Virus record (IMG/VR): IMGVR_UViG_3300044511_000202
Coordinates: 7,485-71,484 of that record
Direction: 5' to 3' (one strand)
Source of the DNA: a virus
Length of the DNA: 64,000 nucleotides
The position numbers and the translations under genes are program-made. This document shows positions 37,939 through 46,827 of the stretch, one piece after another; position 1 is the stretch's first letter; every line of letters starts with the position of its first letter. The notes under the pieces were generated by a model, which saw only the letters and a list, made by a program, of their open reading frames with translations, was not told where the DNA came from and ran no database searches.

Positions 37939-38360
37939 CTCTCCAACCACCTCTCCGTGGCGAACTCGTCCGAGTCCCACTGGACGTCGGGCGGAAGCTC
38001 GCGATACTCGATCTCGTGCCAGAGCCTAGGGGAGTGCGGCGCGGTACGGCGCGAGGCTGCCTCGATCCTCTCCGCGTCGGCGATCCCGTGGCGCATCCCC
38101 TCGGTGACGCCCCGATCGATGTAAACCGCGGTGGCGTCGGCGCCGGCGCGCCAGTCGAACCCGGCGGCGATGCCGAGATTGCGCTCCTCGGGCACGCCGT
38201 CGTGCAGCACGCCCGGCTGGGTGTAGATGGCGTGGCTCGCCATCGGCGCCTCCCCGCGCCTAAAGCAGTCGTGCAGGCACGCGCGGAGGTAGCGGCGGTT
38301 ACGCTCGCGCTCCGCCGGGTCCGGGGATCCGTATGGGGTCTCAACGATCACCGTGCGCAT
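37935..38360 (-). CDS. Nucleoside 2-deoxyribosyltransferase-like fold protein
   Basis: VIVETPY...N..Y.......RGEAP.ASH...D..PEER..G...W...AD...VY.D.G.T.GM pattern. Confidence 0.65.
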   Translation of the reverse strand: MRTVIVETPYGSPDPAERERNRRYLRACLHDCFRRGEAPMASHAIYTQPGVLHDGVPEERNLGIAAGFDWRAGADATAVYIDRGVTEGMRHGIADAERIEAASRRTAPHSPRLWHEIEYRELPPDVQWDSDEFATERWLER

Positions 38361-38380
38361 GGGCCTCCTTTGTTGTCGAC

Positions 38381-38484
38381 GCTCCGGGGAGCGCGCTACG
38401 TCGCGGGTCGCGGAGCCCGTTCGCCTGTCCCTATCGGGCGGCGTCGGTGGTATCCGACCCGCGACGTAGCGCGCTCCCCGGAGC
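38381..38484. repeat. Perfect 30-bp inverted repeat with a 44-nt loop
   Basis: 38381-38410 (GCTCCGGGGAGCGCGCTACGTCGCGGGTCG) is the exact reverse complement of 38455-38484. Confidence 0.9.
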
Positions 38485-38507
38485 GGGCGCGACGGCGCCC
38501 GATGGGT

Positions 38508-38732
38508 TCAGCGACGGCGGCGCCCGCGGCGCCCCGGCCCGTCGCCGGGCGGCGACGCGTCTGGCGAGTCCTCGCGGCGCTTGGCCGGCGGGACGTACCA
38601 GGCCGAAGTGCGGAACACCGTCCGCGTGGTCAGCTCACCTCGGTCGATGTTCTCGTAGACGAGGACTTCCTTCCCGGTGAACTCGCCGTCCTCGTCCATG
38701 AGCATCTCGTACTGCACGAGGTTGTGCGCCAC
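38508..38732 (-). CDS. Hypothetical protein
   Basis: Follows the SSB-like gene directly. Confidence 0.5.
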   Translation of the reverse strand: MAHNLVQYEMLMDEDGEFTGKEVLVYENIDRGELTTRTVFRTSAWYVPPAKRREDSPDASPPGDGPGRRGRRRR

Positions 38733-38733
38733 T

Positions 38734-39423
38734 TCAGTCCCCCAGCGCCTCGGCGAGTGAGACCGTCTGGGTCTGGACGGCCTCGACGGGCTGGGCGGCG
38801 GGCTGGGCGACGGGCTGGGCGGCGGGCTGGGCTTCGCCCTCCACCGGCGCGGTGTTCGGGTCCACCGTGGCCTTGTTGCCCGCCAGGAAGTCGCGGCCCT
38901 TCTTCCGGTCCTCCTTCGTCTGGGGGATCGGCGACCACTTGAACAGCACCAGCGGCTTGCCCTTGTTGCTGCTGTTGGAGCGGCCCTGGTTGGCGGTGCG
39001 GTACGTCTGGGCGTCCACCACCATGCCGCGGAGGGGCTTCGCGTTCTGATCGCACGACTGCTCCATCACCTGCTCGGTGATCTTCGCCTCGGTGTAGCCG
39101 AACGGCGCGAGCACGTTCAGGATGAACGCCTTCGCGGCGCCCGGCGCGCTCTCGTGCTTGAAGCTCCACACGATGGAGCAGCTCGAGCCCGGCGCGTTCG
39201 GGACGGCCTTCCGACCGTCCGCGTACGGCCAGCCGTCCGGCCCGATGGCCACCTCGTCCACGGCCTCGGACGAGATGACTCGCAGCTCGGCGATCACCTG
39301 CTCCTCTTTCTTGTGGTTTTCGCGGGCGATCACGTTCTCGACCATGAAGCGGTATTTGCCGTCGCGTACGTTGGTTCCGCCGGACGTCATCTTCGCGGTG
39401 GCGAGCTTGGCGAACATGGACAT
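38734..39423 (-). CDS. Probable single-stranded DNA-binding protein
   Basis: Strong AAGGAG SD; OB-like N-terminus (DGKYRFMVENV); low-complexity tail; lies between helicase and polymerase. Confidence 0.55.
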   Translation of the reverse strand: MSMFAKLATAKMTSGGTNVRDGKYRFMVENVIARENHKKEEQVIAELRVISSEAVDEVAIGPDGWPYADGRKAVPNAPGSSCSIVWSFKHESAPGAAKAFILNVLAPFGYTEAKITEQVMEQSCDQNAKPLRGMVVDAQTYRTANQGRSNSSNKGKPLVLFKWSPIPQTKEDRKKGRDFLAGNKATVDPNTAPVEGEAQPAAQPVAQPAAQPVEAVQTQTVSLAEALGD

Positions 39424-39526
39424 GGTTTTCGTTTCTCCTTCGTTGTCGTTAAAGTTGGCGCGGGCGGGGCCCTGACTCCCCGCTCGAATAGTCTCCCACC
39501 CGACGTGACGTCCGCGCGGTACCTGA

Positions 39527-39552
39527 GACGCCCGCGCCGGGCGTCTTATTCC
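39527..39552 (-). promoter_or_regulatory. ECF-type promoter GGAATA-N16-CGTC
   Basis: The -35 element overlaps the helicase stop codon; upstream of the SSB-like gene. Confidence 0.55.
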
Positions 39553-41813
39553 GCCTCCCAGTCACCGTCGGGATCGGCGTCGTCGAACGCGTCCACGAAG
39601 TCGGCGATCGGGGCGGCCGAAGCGGCCTCCGGCCGCACGAACCCGCGGAGCAGCTTCTGGCTGCTCCCGATCGTGGTCTGCACGTACAGCGCCCGCGCGA
39701 GCGCGCGGTCCACGTGGTCCCGCAGCTCCGGGGTGTGGCGGTAGAAGCGCGCCCACACGCGCGGGCTGGTCTGGCCGATGCGGTGCAGGCGGCCCAGCAG
39801 CTGCTCCCAGTTGGTGGGGGATGCCGGGGGCTGGGCGACGAGTTGATCGTCGAAGAGCCGCTGTAGCCCGTCGCGCCCGGTGCCGTGGGCCTTGATGGAG
39901 CAGATGATCGACCGCTCACCCGTTTCCCGGGCGAGCAGCGCGGCGGCGTCCGGCCCGCCGGTGTGCTGGGCGAGGCCCGACAGCTGAGCGATCCACTTCC
40001 CGAACTCGGCGGACTCGTACCAGACGATCCCGCGGTTCTCGCGCGCCCAGTCGGCGGCGTCCTGGGCGAGGTACGGGTCCAGCCGCGAGGCGCGCGTCTC
40101 GTACACCACGCGCCCCTTGATGTCGCGCCACGCTGGCCAGAAGAGCGAGTCCCACTCCGGGTGCCTCGCCTCCCACTCCTCCTTGGAGCACGGGGCGCGC
40201 TTGCCGGTGCCGTGGCACGCCTTGCAGCGGTGCTGGCACGACTCGATCTCGATACCCGTCCCGGCGCACGCCTCGCACGGGCGCTCACCCGGCCACTCCG
40301 GGACCTTGATGTCACCGTGGTGGCGCATCGCGGCCAGCTCCACGAGGTGCGGCGAGTCGAGGTGGTCGAGCCGGCGGAAGAGCTTGGATCGCACCTCGGA
40401 GCGGTAGTCCTTGCGGATCTCCAGCCACTCCATGATGAGCCCGGCGTCCTGGGGTTGCCCGTTCACCTCGGGGTAGAACCAGTAATAGTGGAACCCGCAG
40501 GCCAGCTCGCGGGCGGTGCGCGCGACGCTCATCGCGTCCAGGAGCACCTCGCCGTCCGGGCGGCGCCACGTCTCGCGGAGGACGCGAAGATGCTCCTCGA
40601 TCTCCCGGGGCACCTCGCTCCTGGGACGCTGCTCCTCGATGCACAGCTCGGCGCTCACCGCGGCGTCGGTCGTCGACACCACCCCCAGCGTCTGCACCAG
40701 GCGGCGGTGGAACCCTTCGCTCACGTGCTCGCCCTCCTCGCACAGCTGCTCGAGGGCTCCCATGGGCGCCGCGGAGTGCCACGGGGCGTAGGGGTCCTTC
40801 TCCTTCACCTCGTCGGGAACCTTCTTCGGATCGAGCGCGCGGCACCAGTCCTCCGTCACCTCGCGCTCCGTCGGGAGCGGGCTGCCCTGTCGCAACGCGG
40901 CAAACATGAGGTGGTCGTAGTCCTTGAGGCTCCCGTCCGTCGGGCTCCCGGACCACCAGCAGAACCGCGTGCGGTCCGGCTGATCGGACAGGCGACGGAA
41001 CACGCGCGACGTCGTCGCGGTGTCGGCGTGGCGGAGGCGGTGGCCCTCGTCTGCCACGATGAGCGTGGGATCGATCTGGGTGAGGCGCGTCGACGAGTCG
41101 GGGCGCGACAAGCGCGAGTAGGGGTACACGTGGAGCCACACGCGGGTGGCGCGAGCGCCCTCGTGCTCCACCATGAAGTCGCGCGGCGCCGGGTCGCGCG
41201 GGAGCTTCACCTTCCCGTGCACGATGATGTTGGGTGTCTTGAAGTGCTGGGACACCAGCTCCCACTCGCGGATGAGCTGGTTCACGAGCGTGGGTGGCAC
41301 GAGCAGCGCCACGTTCTCGCACCCGGGGAGCGCCATCCCGGCGAGGATGTCCAGGATCGTTTTCCCGTGCCCCACGCCGATGAGCCCGGAGAGTCCCATG
41401 GCCAGCGGGATCTCGTACAGGCCCCACGCCTGGGCGAGGTTCAGCGCTGTGATGCACGCGCGCGGACGCTCCATGTGGCGCTCCAGGATCTCGGCGCACG
41501 AGCACGGCTTCCCGGTCGGGTCCACCCACGCGTGGCGTCGCGTCACCACGCGGATGAGCGCGGCCTCCTCCTTCGAGCCCGGTACGACGACGGGTCGGCG
41601 CGCGAGCCCCAGCACGCGCTGTAGCTCCTCGCTGTCACCCACGGCCAGCCTCGTGCTCTTGCCCGTCTCCGGCGCGCCGGACTGCCACGCCTGCGGTCTG
41701 AAGCCCTTCCGGGCAGTCAGCTCGTCCAGCGCCACGGTGGCGGTCACCTCGCGGCCGTCCGGCATCTCCACGAAGATGTCGTCCAGCCCCAGCTTGTCGT
41801 CCTCGTCGCTCAT
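39546..41813 (-). CDS. Superfamily 2 (SNF2-like) helicase
   Basis: GVGHGKT, IVADEGH, SGSP, GTGRDGLQ and EQLLGRLHRIGQ motifs. Start taken at MSDEDDKL. Confidence 0.85.
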   Translation of the reverse strand: MSDEDDKLGLDDIFVEMPDGREVTATVALDELTARKGFRPQAWQSGAPETGKSTRLAVGDSEELQRVLGLARRPVVVPGSKEEAALIRVVTRRHAWVDPTGKPCSCAEILERHMERPRACITALNLAQAWGLYEIPLAMGLSGLIGVGHGKTILDILAGMALPGCENVALLVPPTLVNQLIREWELVSQHFKTPNIIVHGKVKLPRDPAPRDFMVEHEGARATRVWLHVYPYSRLSRPDSSTRLTQIDPTLIVADEGHRLRHADTATTSRVFRRLSDQPDRTRFCWWSGSPTDGSLKDYDHLMFAALRQGSPLPTEREVTEDWCRALDPKKVPDEVKEKDPYAPWHSAAPMGALEQLCEEGEHVSEGFHRRLVQTLGVVSTTDAAVSAELCIEEQRPRSEVPREIEEHLRVLRETWRRPDGEVLLDAMSVARTARELACGFHYYWFYPEVNGQPQDAGLIMEWLEIRKDYRSEVRSKLFRRLDHLDSPHLVELAAMRHHGDIKVPEWPGERPCEACAGTGIEIESCQHRCKACHGTGKRAPCSKEEWEARHPEWDSLFWPAWRDIKGRVVYETRASRLDPYLAQDAADWARENRGIVWYESAEFGKWIAQLSGLAQHTGGPDAAALLARETGERSIICSIKAHGTGRDGLQRLFDDQLVAQPPASPTNWEQLLGRLHRIGQTSPRVWARFYRHTPELRDHVDRALARALYVQTTIGSSQKLLRGFVRPEAASAAPIADFVDAFDDADPDGDWEAE

Positions 41814-42097
41814 CGGCGGCACACCTCCCACGCGAGGTGAGTCCACGCGGACAGGCGCCTCAGGTGCTCGTCGCGCCGATGGCGGTCGATCGACTCGTCG
41901 CCCGTTAGCGTGGGCTCGGCGGGCGGCGGGTGGTTGAGGCACGGGCGCACCACGCGGGTCCGCACCTCGCGCTCCTCCACGCGGTAGAACACCTGCGGCT
42001 CGCACTTCGGGAGCCGGCGCTCGGTGACGTTCTCGACGGGTACGCGCGGCTCGGCGCATGACAGCGCCAGCGCGGCCAGGATGGCAAGAAGTTTCAC
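41810..42097 (-). CDS. Lipoprotein
   Basis: MKLLAILAALALSC lipobox-like signal peptide. Confidence 0.6.
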   Translation of the reverse strand: MKLLAILAALALSCAEPRVPVENVTERRLPKCEPQVFYRVEEREVRTRVVRPCLNHPPPAEPTLTGDESIDRHRRDEHLRRLSAWTHLAWEVCRR

Positions 42098-42324
42098 GAG
42101 AGATCCTCCTCATCCACCGCGATGGGCGCGCTGAGCAGCTCGATCGGGTCGGCGCGGAACACGGGCCCCGCGCCAACAAGCTCGCGGCGGTCGCCCTGGC
42201 ACGGCGCCCCGCTAGCGTCGTCGTGCGGGAGCGGCCTCCAGGCGCACTCGCGCGTGCCGAGCTTCTGGGCACCCGGTGCGATGGGCACCAGCTTACAGCA
42301 GATGTGACAGTATCCCATTGCCAT
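42094..42324 (-). CDS. Small Zn-binding protein
   Basis: GYCHIC...H......C.G pattern. Confidence 0.5.
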   Translation of the reverse strand: MAMGYCHICCKLVPIAPGAQKLGTRECAWRPLPHDDASGAPCQGDRRELVGAGPVFRADPIELLSAPIAVDEEDLS

Positions 42325-42326
42325 CG

Positions 42327-42380
42327 AGCCGGGCGGCGGATTCGAACCGCTGCGCGCGCACCCCCAGGGTATCGCCCGGC
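42327..42380 (-). ncRNA. Minimal (~54 nt) tRNA-like element with a canonical T arm and no anticodon loop
   Basis: - strand reads GCCGGGCG ATACCCTGGGGGTGCGCGCGCA GCGG-TTCGAAT-CCGC CGCCCGGC T, giving a 12-bp acceptor+T stack. A GGCGCC-GTGCA-GGCGCC hairpin precedes it. Confidence 0.65.
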
Positions 42381-42410
42381 AGAGGGCGCCTGCACGGCGC
42401 CGAGGCTAGA

Positions 42411-44468
42411 CTAGCCGCGGATGACGGTCATCACCGGCGGGTCGGAGAGCGCGGGCTTGTCACCCTGCTGCACGCGCGCCAGCGCGAGCGCCTCGATCAC
42501 GACGTCCGCGAAGTCGCTCCCGGAGCGCGCGTAGAAGCGCCCGCGCGGGAGTCGGCCCTCGTCGGCGGTGGCCTTCGTCGCGCCGTACACCGCGACGGTC
42601 GCCAGCTCGGCCTTCCACGCTCCGAACGCCAGCGCCGTGATCGTCTTGTCGCCCGTGCGGATGTCGGGCACGCCGTGGTGGTGCGCGATGCCGCGCGCCC
42701 AGTAGCTGATCCACGGCTCGAGCGGCTGGGCCCCCTCGGGGCGACAGTCCACGTACAGCTCGAACGGCTCGTCCCCGTCGGGCGCGGGCCCCTTGGGGGC
42801 GGGGGCCTCGTCCTTCTTCTTCTTCGCGGCGACACCAGCCTTCTTCGTGGGCTCGGCGGCCGGCGGGGGCTCGGGGTTCCCCGCGGCGACCAGCTGCGCC
42901 TTCGTCACCGGCTCGGACTTCGGCTCAGCCTGCGCCTTCGTCACCGGCTCGGACTTCGGCTCAGCCTGCGCCTTCGTCACCGGCTCGGACTTCGCCTCAG
43001 CCTGCGCCTGAGGCGCGGGCGGTGCCGGCGGCGGCTCGAGTCCGGGTGCGGGTAGCGCGGCCAGCGCCGGATTGCTCGCCGGGGTCTGCGGGCTCACGAT
43101 GCCCATGGCGGCAGGGGACGCGCTCGGCGTCGGTTGCGCGACGGGAGCCGGCGCGGGCGCAGCGGCGGGGGTCTTCTTCTCGGCGTGCTTGCGCAGGTCG
43201 TCCCGCAGCTTGATCACACCGTCCTTCGTACCGATCGGCGCGAGGCCCTTCAACTTCCCGTGCCCGGCCAGTCCGTCGCCCTGGAAGTCGAGGCGGGGCT
43301 CGGACACCGACGAGGCGTACACCTTCGCCACGTCCCCGGTGTACATCGGGCGGCCCACTCCGCGGGCCTCGATCTCCTTCAAGGCGGTGATCAGCTCGCC
43401 GTTCGAGTCCACAGCGTTCTGCTGAGCTTCCTCGTCCAGTAGCGCGTCCAGGATGTCGCTCATCGGTTCGTCACTCTCCAGATCCTCCGCCAGTGAGTTG
43501 CGCTCCTCCGCGGGGGCGGACCCGAGGAGACGTGCGCGACCCGCGGCGCCGAATAGCGACGCGGAACGCGCGGCTTGCGCGGCGCCCTTAGACGCCAGAC
43601 CCACCGAGCAGTATTCCCGGTGCGGGCACCCTCGAAAGTAGGCGTCGCACGAGCGGTGGTTGCCCGGCACCTTCTCCGGGTCGATCTCGCGCGCCACGTC
43701 GCGCATGCGGCGGCCCAGACCATCCACGTAGCCCCAGCGACGGTGGACGTCCTCGCGCGACACGACGGTGGACACCTTCCACCCCTCGCTCCTGCCCTTC
43801 GTGAGCGTGTACACGTGGGACACGCGACCGCGCTCGGCGCGGGGATCCAGGCGGAAGCGGTGCTCCGCGTAGCCCACCATCTGGATGGCGGAGGCCAGCT
43901 CGCGGCCGGTCTTCGCGTACTTCCTGTCCCCGGTGCTCTTCCAGTCCAGCACCTCGAACGCCACGCCCGGATCGGGCTCCACGTCACCGTCGAGGTTGAT
44001 CCACTCGCCCCAGTCGTGGCTGACGTCGATCTTCCCGACGAGCGGAATCCCGTCGGCGTCCAGCGGGTGGTGCGGAAAGCTGACATCGGGGAGCCCGGCG
44101 GCGAAATGCGCGAGCGCGACCTTGCGCTCGGTCTCGTCCGCGAGCAGGTGCGGCGACAACTCCCACTCGCACCAGATCGGGCGGCGCCCGGGCGCGGGCT
44201 CGCGGACCGGCATCCAGCGCACGATCGGGAGGATGAGCGGTCCGAACGCGCGCACGCCCGTCTCGTAGAACGCCTCGATCGGGTCGTGGAGCATGCGCTT
44301 GCCACGCTCCTGGGCCTCCGTCTCGGGCTCCTTCTTCCCGCCGACCTTGTCGAACCACCAGCGGCGCTCGCACCCCGCGTAGGTGTTCGGGTCGAACGTC
44401 TGGAGCGACGAGACGGAGGTGTAGCGCGGCACGCCGTCGACGACGGCGGGGCCGTATGGGCTACCCAC
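42411..44468 (-). CDS. PD-(D/E)XK Cas4/RecB-like exonuclease with a long C-terminal extension
   Basis: SVSSL...C.RRWW, GKID...VLDWKST, Q...Y and C......CPH...C motifs. Confidence 0.8.
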   Translation of the reverse strand: MGSPYGPAVVDGVPRYTSVSSLQTFDPNTYAGCERRWWFDKVGGKKEPETEAQERGKRMLHDPIEAFYETGVRAFGPLILPIVRWMPVREPAPGRRPIWCEWELSPHLLADETERKVALAHFAAGLPDVSFPHHPLDADGIPLVGKIDVSHDWGEWINLDGDVEPDPGVAFEVLDWKSTGDRKYAKTGRELASAIQMVGYAEHRFRLDPRAERGRVSHVYTLTKGRSEGWKVSTVVSREDVHRRWGYVDGLGRRMRDVAREIDPEKVPGNHRSCDAYFRGCPHREYCSVGLASKGAAQAARSASLFGAAGRARLLGSAPAEERNSLAEDLESDEPMSDILDALLDEEAQQNAVDSNGELITALKEIEARGVGRPMYTGDVAKVYASSVSEPRLDFQGDGLAGHGKLKGLAPIGTKDGVIKLRDDLRKHAEKKTPAAAPAPAPVAQPTPSASPAAMGIVSPQTPASNPALAALPAPGLEPPPAPPAPQAQAEAKSEPVTKAQAEPKSEPVTKAQAEPKSEPVTKAQLVAAGNPEPPPAAEPTKKAGVAAKKKKDEAPAPKGPAPDGDEPFELYVDCRPEGAQPLEPWISYWARGIAHHHGVPDIRTGDKTITALAFGAWKAELATVAVYGATKATADEGRLPRGRFYARSGSDFADVVIEALALARVQQGDKPALSDPPVMTVIRG
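42895..43008 (-). repeat. 3 x 36-bp coding tandem repeat (AQAEPKSEPVTK)
   Basis: Near-identical units at 42895, 42931 and 42967. Confidence 0.9.
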
Positions 44469-44947
44469 TAGGCGGCCTCGCGGAGGAGCGCGAACCACGC
44501 GCGGCCCTCGTCGGTGATCTCCCACTCGAGGGCGCAAGTCCGCCCCGGGGCCTCCTCGGCGTAGGCGAGCCCGTCCGCGCGCAGCGCGCTGGCGATGCCC
44601 ACCACCTTCGCGTGGGGGAGGCGGGAGGCTCCGACCAGCTCCACCATCGTGAGCGGGCCGTCGGCCCGGGCGAGCGCCCCCAGCACGCGCACGCCGTCGA
44701 GGACTACGGTCCCGCGCGCGCGCGGGCGATCCAGCCGATCGCAGCGGTCGCACGCCTCGGCGCCCCGATCCTTGCGGCGCCCGCACTCGCACCAGCACAT
44801 CGTGGTGCGACCCTCCGCGTTGCGGTTGGACTCGGGCGCGGGCTCGATCCGCGGTCGAAGGTTGGAGCGCACGGTCGCGCGCGGCACGCCAGTAGCGTGA
44901 CCCGACATGGGGCGCCCGGTGTCGAACAGATCGGAGATGGCCTTCAT
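44468..44947 (-). CDS. Zn-ribbon + winged-helix DNA-binding protein
   Basis: CECG...CDRC followed by VL.AL....PLT..EL...........L...GL...W.IT.EG. Confidence 0.6.
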   Translation of the reverse strand: MKAISDLFDTGRPMSGHATGVPRATVRSNLRPRIEPAPESNRNAEGRTTMCWCECGRRKDRGAEACDRCDRLDRPRARGTVVLDGVRVLGALARADGPLTMVELVGASRLPHAKVVGIASALRADGLAYAEEAPGRTCALEWEITDEGRAWFALLREAA

Positions 44948-45258
44948 GGCTCCTCCGACGCGCGACGCGCGCGGTCTAGTCCCAGCTTCGACAGCGCGCG
45001 GAGGTGATCGAGCGTGGCCTCGGGCACCTCGGCCGTGATCTCGTCGTCGGGCTCAATCTGGCCCGAGGTGACCAGGGACGCCACGAGCGCGCGGACCTTC
45101 GCTAGGGCCACCTCGCGGCGGCGGTGCAGCGATCGCTCCCCACGCTCCACGCACGCGTAGCCGGTAGGGACGTGGATCGCCACCACGTCCGGGACGGACG
45201 AGCCAACGTGCTGTCCCCCGCGGCCCTCGGGCGCGATGAGCCGGACCACGTAGCTCAC
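44944..45258 (-). CDS. Stand-alone class I release factor (RF-1, GGQ) domain protein
   Basis: GRGGQHVG....V.AIHVPTG......ERSLHRRRE.AL, collinear with RF domain 3 (GGQHVN...VRITH.PTG....Q.ERSQH.N...A). Confidence 0.75.
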   Translation of the reverse strand: MSYVVRLIAPEGRGGQHVGSSVPDVVAIHVPTGYACVERGERSLHRRREVALAKVRALVASLVTSGQIEPDDEITAEVPEATLDHLRALSKLGLDRARRASEEP

Positions 45259-45509
45259 GTGGACGGCCTCGCGGCCAGCGCCCGCTCAAGCGCCTCGTAG
45301 GCATCGCACACGGCGTCCACCTCGCGCTCGCAATCCCCGTACACCCCGCCCACTTCTTCCAGGCCGCAGTGGAGCGCCTTCGCGGCGTCCACGATCCCCT
45401 GGTACAGCACTAGGCGATCGCACGCGCGCTCGGCAGTGGCGGCGGCGCTCGCTGCGGCGGACGTCATGGCTCGGAGCCGCTCCTCGAGATCGTTCATGTC
45501 ACCCGGCAT
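45255..45509 (-). CDS. Helical hypothetical protein
   Basis: GGAGG SD; coupled to its neighbours. Confidence 0.5.
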   Translation of the reverse strand: MPGDMNDLEERLRAMTSAAASAAATAERACDRLVLYQGIVDAAKALHCGLEEVGGVYGDCEREVDAVCDAYEALERALAARPST

Positions 45510-45714
45510 CGGGCACCTCCTCCCGCTCGAGCGCGCGAGCGCGCTCCAGCTCGGCCTGCTCCGTGGCCCGGAGGCGGCGGAGCTGTCGCGCAAACGCGTG
45601 CATCTGATCGTAGTTGCGCACGCCGTACACGGGCCGGCTGTCGGATCCGTACTTCACCACGCACCCGGCGATGGAGAAGAAGAGCACGGCGCGGAGGAGG
45701 GGGAGGCGGTTCAC
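45499..45714 (-). CDS. Small lipoprotein candidate
   Basis: NRLPLLRAVLFFSIAGC lipobox. Confidence 0.5.
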   Translation of the reverse strand: MNRLPLLRAVLFFSIAGCVVKYGSDSRPVYGVRNYDQMHAFARQLRRLRATEQAELERARALEREEVPDAG

Positions 45715-46139
45715 GGGCTCACCTCGCTCCAGCCGGCCATCCGGGCCAGGTCGTGCAGGGGCTCGGCGTGCGGCTGGAGGATGATCCAATCCACGATCTC
45801 CTCCTCCCTGTAGGGCGCCACGCCGTCCCCGCGGTTGCGGGGCTGCGGGTCGTGAACGATCTTCCCGTCGAGACACACGATCGCGTGGAGCACCCCGTCC
45901 GCGCGGCGGGATGCCACCCCGGCGATCGCGTACCCGACCGGGGCCGGGGTCGACCAGGGTAGGAAGATCGGCGTGTGTCCCCGGGCCTCGCACCACGCGC
46001 CGAACCGCTCCCACCAGGTGGCGGGGTCCTCGTTGAACCACGGCACCTCCTCGATCGGAAGCTCCAGGATGCTGGCCACGCACGCGGACAGGCAGTTACC
46101 CAGCACCGGGTCCGTCACGGTCTGATCGACGGGAATCAT
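45711..46139 (-). CDS. Papain-fold (C39-like) protein
   Basis: Q.....GNCLSACVASIL...HAIV...G.IVHDP, with a Cys-His-Asp arrangement. Confidence 0.55.
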   Translation of the reverse strand: MIPVDQTVTDPVLGNCLSACVASILELPIEEVPWFNEDPATWWERFGAWCEARGHTPIFLPWSTPAPVGYAIAGVASRRADGVLHAIVCLDGKIVHDPQPRNRGDGVAPYREEEIVDWIILQPHAEPLHDLARMAGWSEVSP

Positions 46140-46621
46140 TCGGTACCCTCCCCGCCGAAGAGGCGGCGATACTCGTCCTTGGGGACGTGCGATCCGTTCA
46201 CGAGGAAGCCCCAGGGCTGCACGCGCGGGCCGACGAAGAACAGGCTCCAGGATGAGCGCCCGAGCAGTGTCACGCGGTGGTAGGTGCGGGACGTGATGAA
46301 GTTCACCCGGCCCGGGCCCATCACCCGCGTGTACAGCGGCGCCTCGCGGTCCTCGCGGTAGCCACCCCAGAGGATGAAGGCAACGCTCGCCGCAAACGGG
46401 TGATTGTGGAGGTGCCGGTCACCGTCGCTCCGGTGAAACCGGTGCACGTACAGCTCCGCGGAGCCGCGCTGATCCTCGGGCGTGTCGCCCGCTCGGCGGG
46501 GCCACACGAACCACCGCGTGAGGTACGGGTCGCCGTTCAACTCGTAGGTGCGCCGATCGAAGAGGACGTCCAGCGCCCGCTCGGCGAGCGCGGCCACGCG
46601 CCGCTTGATGAACGCGATCAC
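46136..46621 (-). CDS. Cupin-fold protein
   Basis: YLTRW, HRFHRSD.DRHLHNHPF...IL.GGY.E and HRV.L...WSL motifs. Confidence 0.7.
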   Translation of the reverse strand: MIAFIKRRVAALAERALDVLFDRRTYELNGDPYLTRWFVWPRRAGDTPEDQRGSAELYVHRFHRSDGDRHLHNHPFAASVAFILWGGYREDREAPLYTRVMGPGRVNFITSRTYHRVTLLGRSSWSLFFVGPRVQPWGFLVNGSHVPKDEYRRLFGGEGTE

Positions 46622-46827
46622 GCGTCACCCTCGGCGCGGGGGTACTCCAGCTCGGCCACCACGCCGCGGTTCTCGATCAGCTTCCTCGCGACGTCCAGAG
46701 CCATCTGCCGCGCCTGAGCGTCGCTCGTCGCTGGCGTGAAGAAGCGCACGCCGTCGATCCAGATCTCCACGCCCGGCTGCGGGGCGCCGCGAGTGAAGTC
46801 TACGGTGGGGCGAACGGTGATCGTCAT
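46618..46827 (-). CDS. Hypothetical protein
   Basis: AAGGA SD; coupled. Confidence 0.5.
   Translation of the reverse strand: MTITVRPTVDFTRGAPQPGVEIWIDGVRFFTPATSDAQARQMALDVARKLIENRGVVAELEYPRAEGDA

Noticed and set aside
39458..39538. Possible third tRNA-like fold (GGCGCGG/CCGCGCC with a GCGGG/CCCGC arm) upstream of the SSB-like gene
   Set aside because: It has no TTCG T-loop, and its 5' strand lies inside the spacer of a predicted ECF promoter. It is more likely a chance GC-rich pairing.
43591..43617. GGAATA...CGTC inside the exonuclease gene
   Set aside because: The spacing is 17 rather than 16 and the site is intragenic, so it was not counted as a promoter.
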